A stretch of 64,000 nt of DNA from Octopus sinensis (lineage: Eukaryota). The notes beneath the pieces are model-generated. The model was not told where the DNA came from. It saw only the letters and a list, made by a program, of their open reading frames with translations, and made no database searches. The DNA is taken from the NCBI RefSeq assembly GCF_006345805.1, contig NC_043003.1:4526001-4590000 (forward strand), written 5' to 3'. Shown one piece after another: positions 62,646-64,000 of this stretch. Each line of letters begins with the position of its first letter. The stretch's first letter is position 1. Position numbers and translations under genes: made by a program.

Positions 62646-62904
62646 CATACATATGCATGAGTACAACTATATACATGGTGCTAAGGGAGTAAAGTACGTT
62701 ATATCATGTCCAACAGCTGTTTCTGGGAGTTCGGAATTACGTTATAATGTTGGCAGATATAGTTTTCAAAACGTATTTTGTACCCTGTATATAGACATCC
62801 GTTATTATACGGATATCTATATATTCATCCATGAATGTCTCATCATTAGTAATACCTGCAGTCTTTTGGTTTCTTTTCATTTACATGTATATTCTCTTTT
62901 ACTC

Positions 62905-63220
62905 CCTTGTTTCAGTCATTTGACTGTGGCCATGCTGGAGCACCGCCTTTTAGTCAAACAAATCGACCCCAGGATTTATTCTTTGTAAAGCCTAGTACTT
63001 ATTCTATCGGTGTCTTTTGCCGAACCGCTCTGTTACGGGGACGTAAACACACCAACATCGGTTGTCAAGCGATGGAGGCGGAAGAACACAGACACACAAA
63101 AATATACACACACAGATATATATCTCTAATTCATATTTTATATTTATATATTTATACTGTGAAATTTGATTTAATACTAAATTGAATTTTTCCCTGTAAG
63201 TTTAGAGTTATACTCCCTAA

Positions 63221-63272
<52 letters not shown>

Positions 63273-63277
63273 TATAT

Positions 63278-63309
<32 letters not shown>

Positions 63310-63495
63310 ATATATATCTATATATATATATATACGACAGGCTTCCTTCAGTTTCTCTCAACTAAATCCATTCACAAAGCTTTGGTCGGCCCGAGGCTAT
63401 AGTAAAAGATACTTGCCCAAGGTGCCACGCAGTGGGACTGAACCCAGAACCATGTGGTTAGTAAACAAGCTTCTTACCACACAACCACTGCTGCG
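62905..63495 (-). mobile_element. SINE family 2, with an expanded internal (TA)/(TAA) tract
   Basis: Head at 63335-63495; 3' tail AAAAGGCGGTGCTCCAGCATGGCCACAGTCAAATGACTGAAAC at 62907-62950. Confidence 0.85.
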
Positions 63496-63663
63496 CGTAT
63501 GTATGTATATTTTATCAATGAAACCCGATCGGTTTTATTCGTTCAGTTGCTTCATTATCGCCGTATCTGCAGCCACGCAGCCTCTCTTTATCCTGAGCTT
63601 AAATCATTTGAACGCTACTAAGAGTTTCCTACGTTGAGCATCTCTGAATCTCATCTGTTGACT

Positions 63664-63698
<35 letters not shown>

Positions 63699-63905
63699 TG
63701 TACACACACACGCACACATGTACACACACACACACACACACGAGAAATTTTTATGTTGGCTAAAAACTTTGAAAGTGAAAGAATTTTAAATAAAACTAAT
63801 TTTAAAAACAATTACAGCGTGGAAGGTGTTTATAGGCATTTAAAAAAAAACACACAAAAACCTTTAGATTATCTTCAACATTTAAATTTAATTTATCAAA
63901 ATATT

Positions 63906-64000
63906 TTCGTCGCTTTGAGACCTCGATCTGTTCACTGTCAAAATCCGTGCTGCATCTTGGAATTTTGTCAGTGAACAGGTCGAGGTCTCAAAGCGACGAA
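63906..64000. repeat. Fold-back with arms of at least 39 bp (right arm runs off the window end), 17-nt loop
   Basis: TTCGTCGCTTTGAGACCTCGATCTGTTCACTGTCAAAAT (63906-63944) versus ATTTTGTCAGTGAACAGGTCGAGGTCTCAAAGCGACGAA (63962-64000); 2 differences. Confidence 0.9.

Overview
AT-rich, microsatellite-saturated eukaryotic genomic DNA. The SINE and LINE repertoire resembles a coleoid cephalopod, probably Octopus (my recognition, not a database result). Most ORFs in the supplied track are (TA)n/(CA)n/(TCTA)n/trinucleotide artefacts. Real content: (1) a minus-strand multi-exon gene for a Cys-rich, probably extracellular protein, with three well-supported phase-compatible exons (51130-51237, 47427-47603, 40704-40801) and several weaker candidates; (2) a ~5.7 kb apparently full-length CR1/Jockey-group LINE (41346-47036) in one intron, with a modular minisatellite 5' UTR and an ORF1 (Myb/SANT-like plus CCCH finger) running in frame into the endonuclease; (3) a LINE nested in another LINE's RT (17065-19830); (4) a Penelope-like element arranged as a ~865 bp inverted repeat (31.2-33.2 kb); (5) a deleted mariner, an RTE 3' fragment and at least four tRNA-derived SINE families; (6) a 1.65 kb near-identical tandem duplication at the window start. 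The most striking unexplained structure is a set of short (TA)n-flanked fold-back modules, several carrying complete hammerhead-ribozyme-like folds with non-canonical features (a U3-A8 swap, and a Y-U mismatch at the base of stem II). Most of these ribozyme-like motifs lie on the host gene's sense strand. All coordinates were read by eye; repeat boundaries are approximate.
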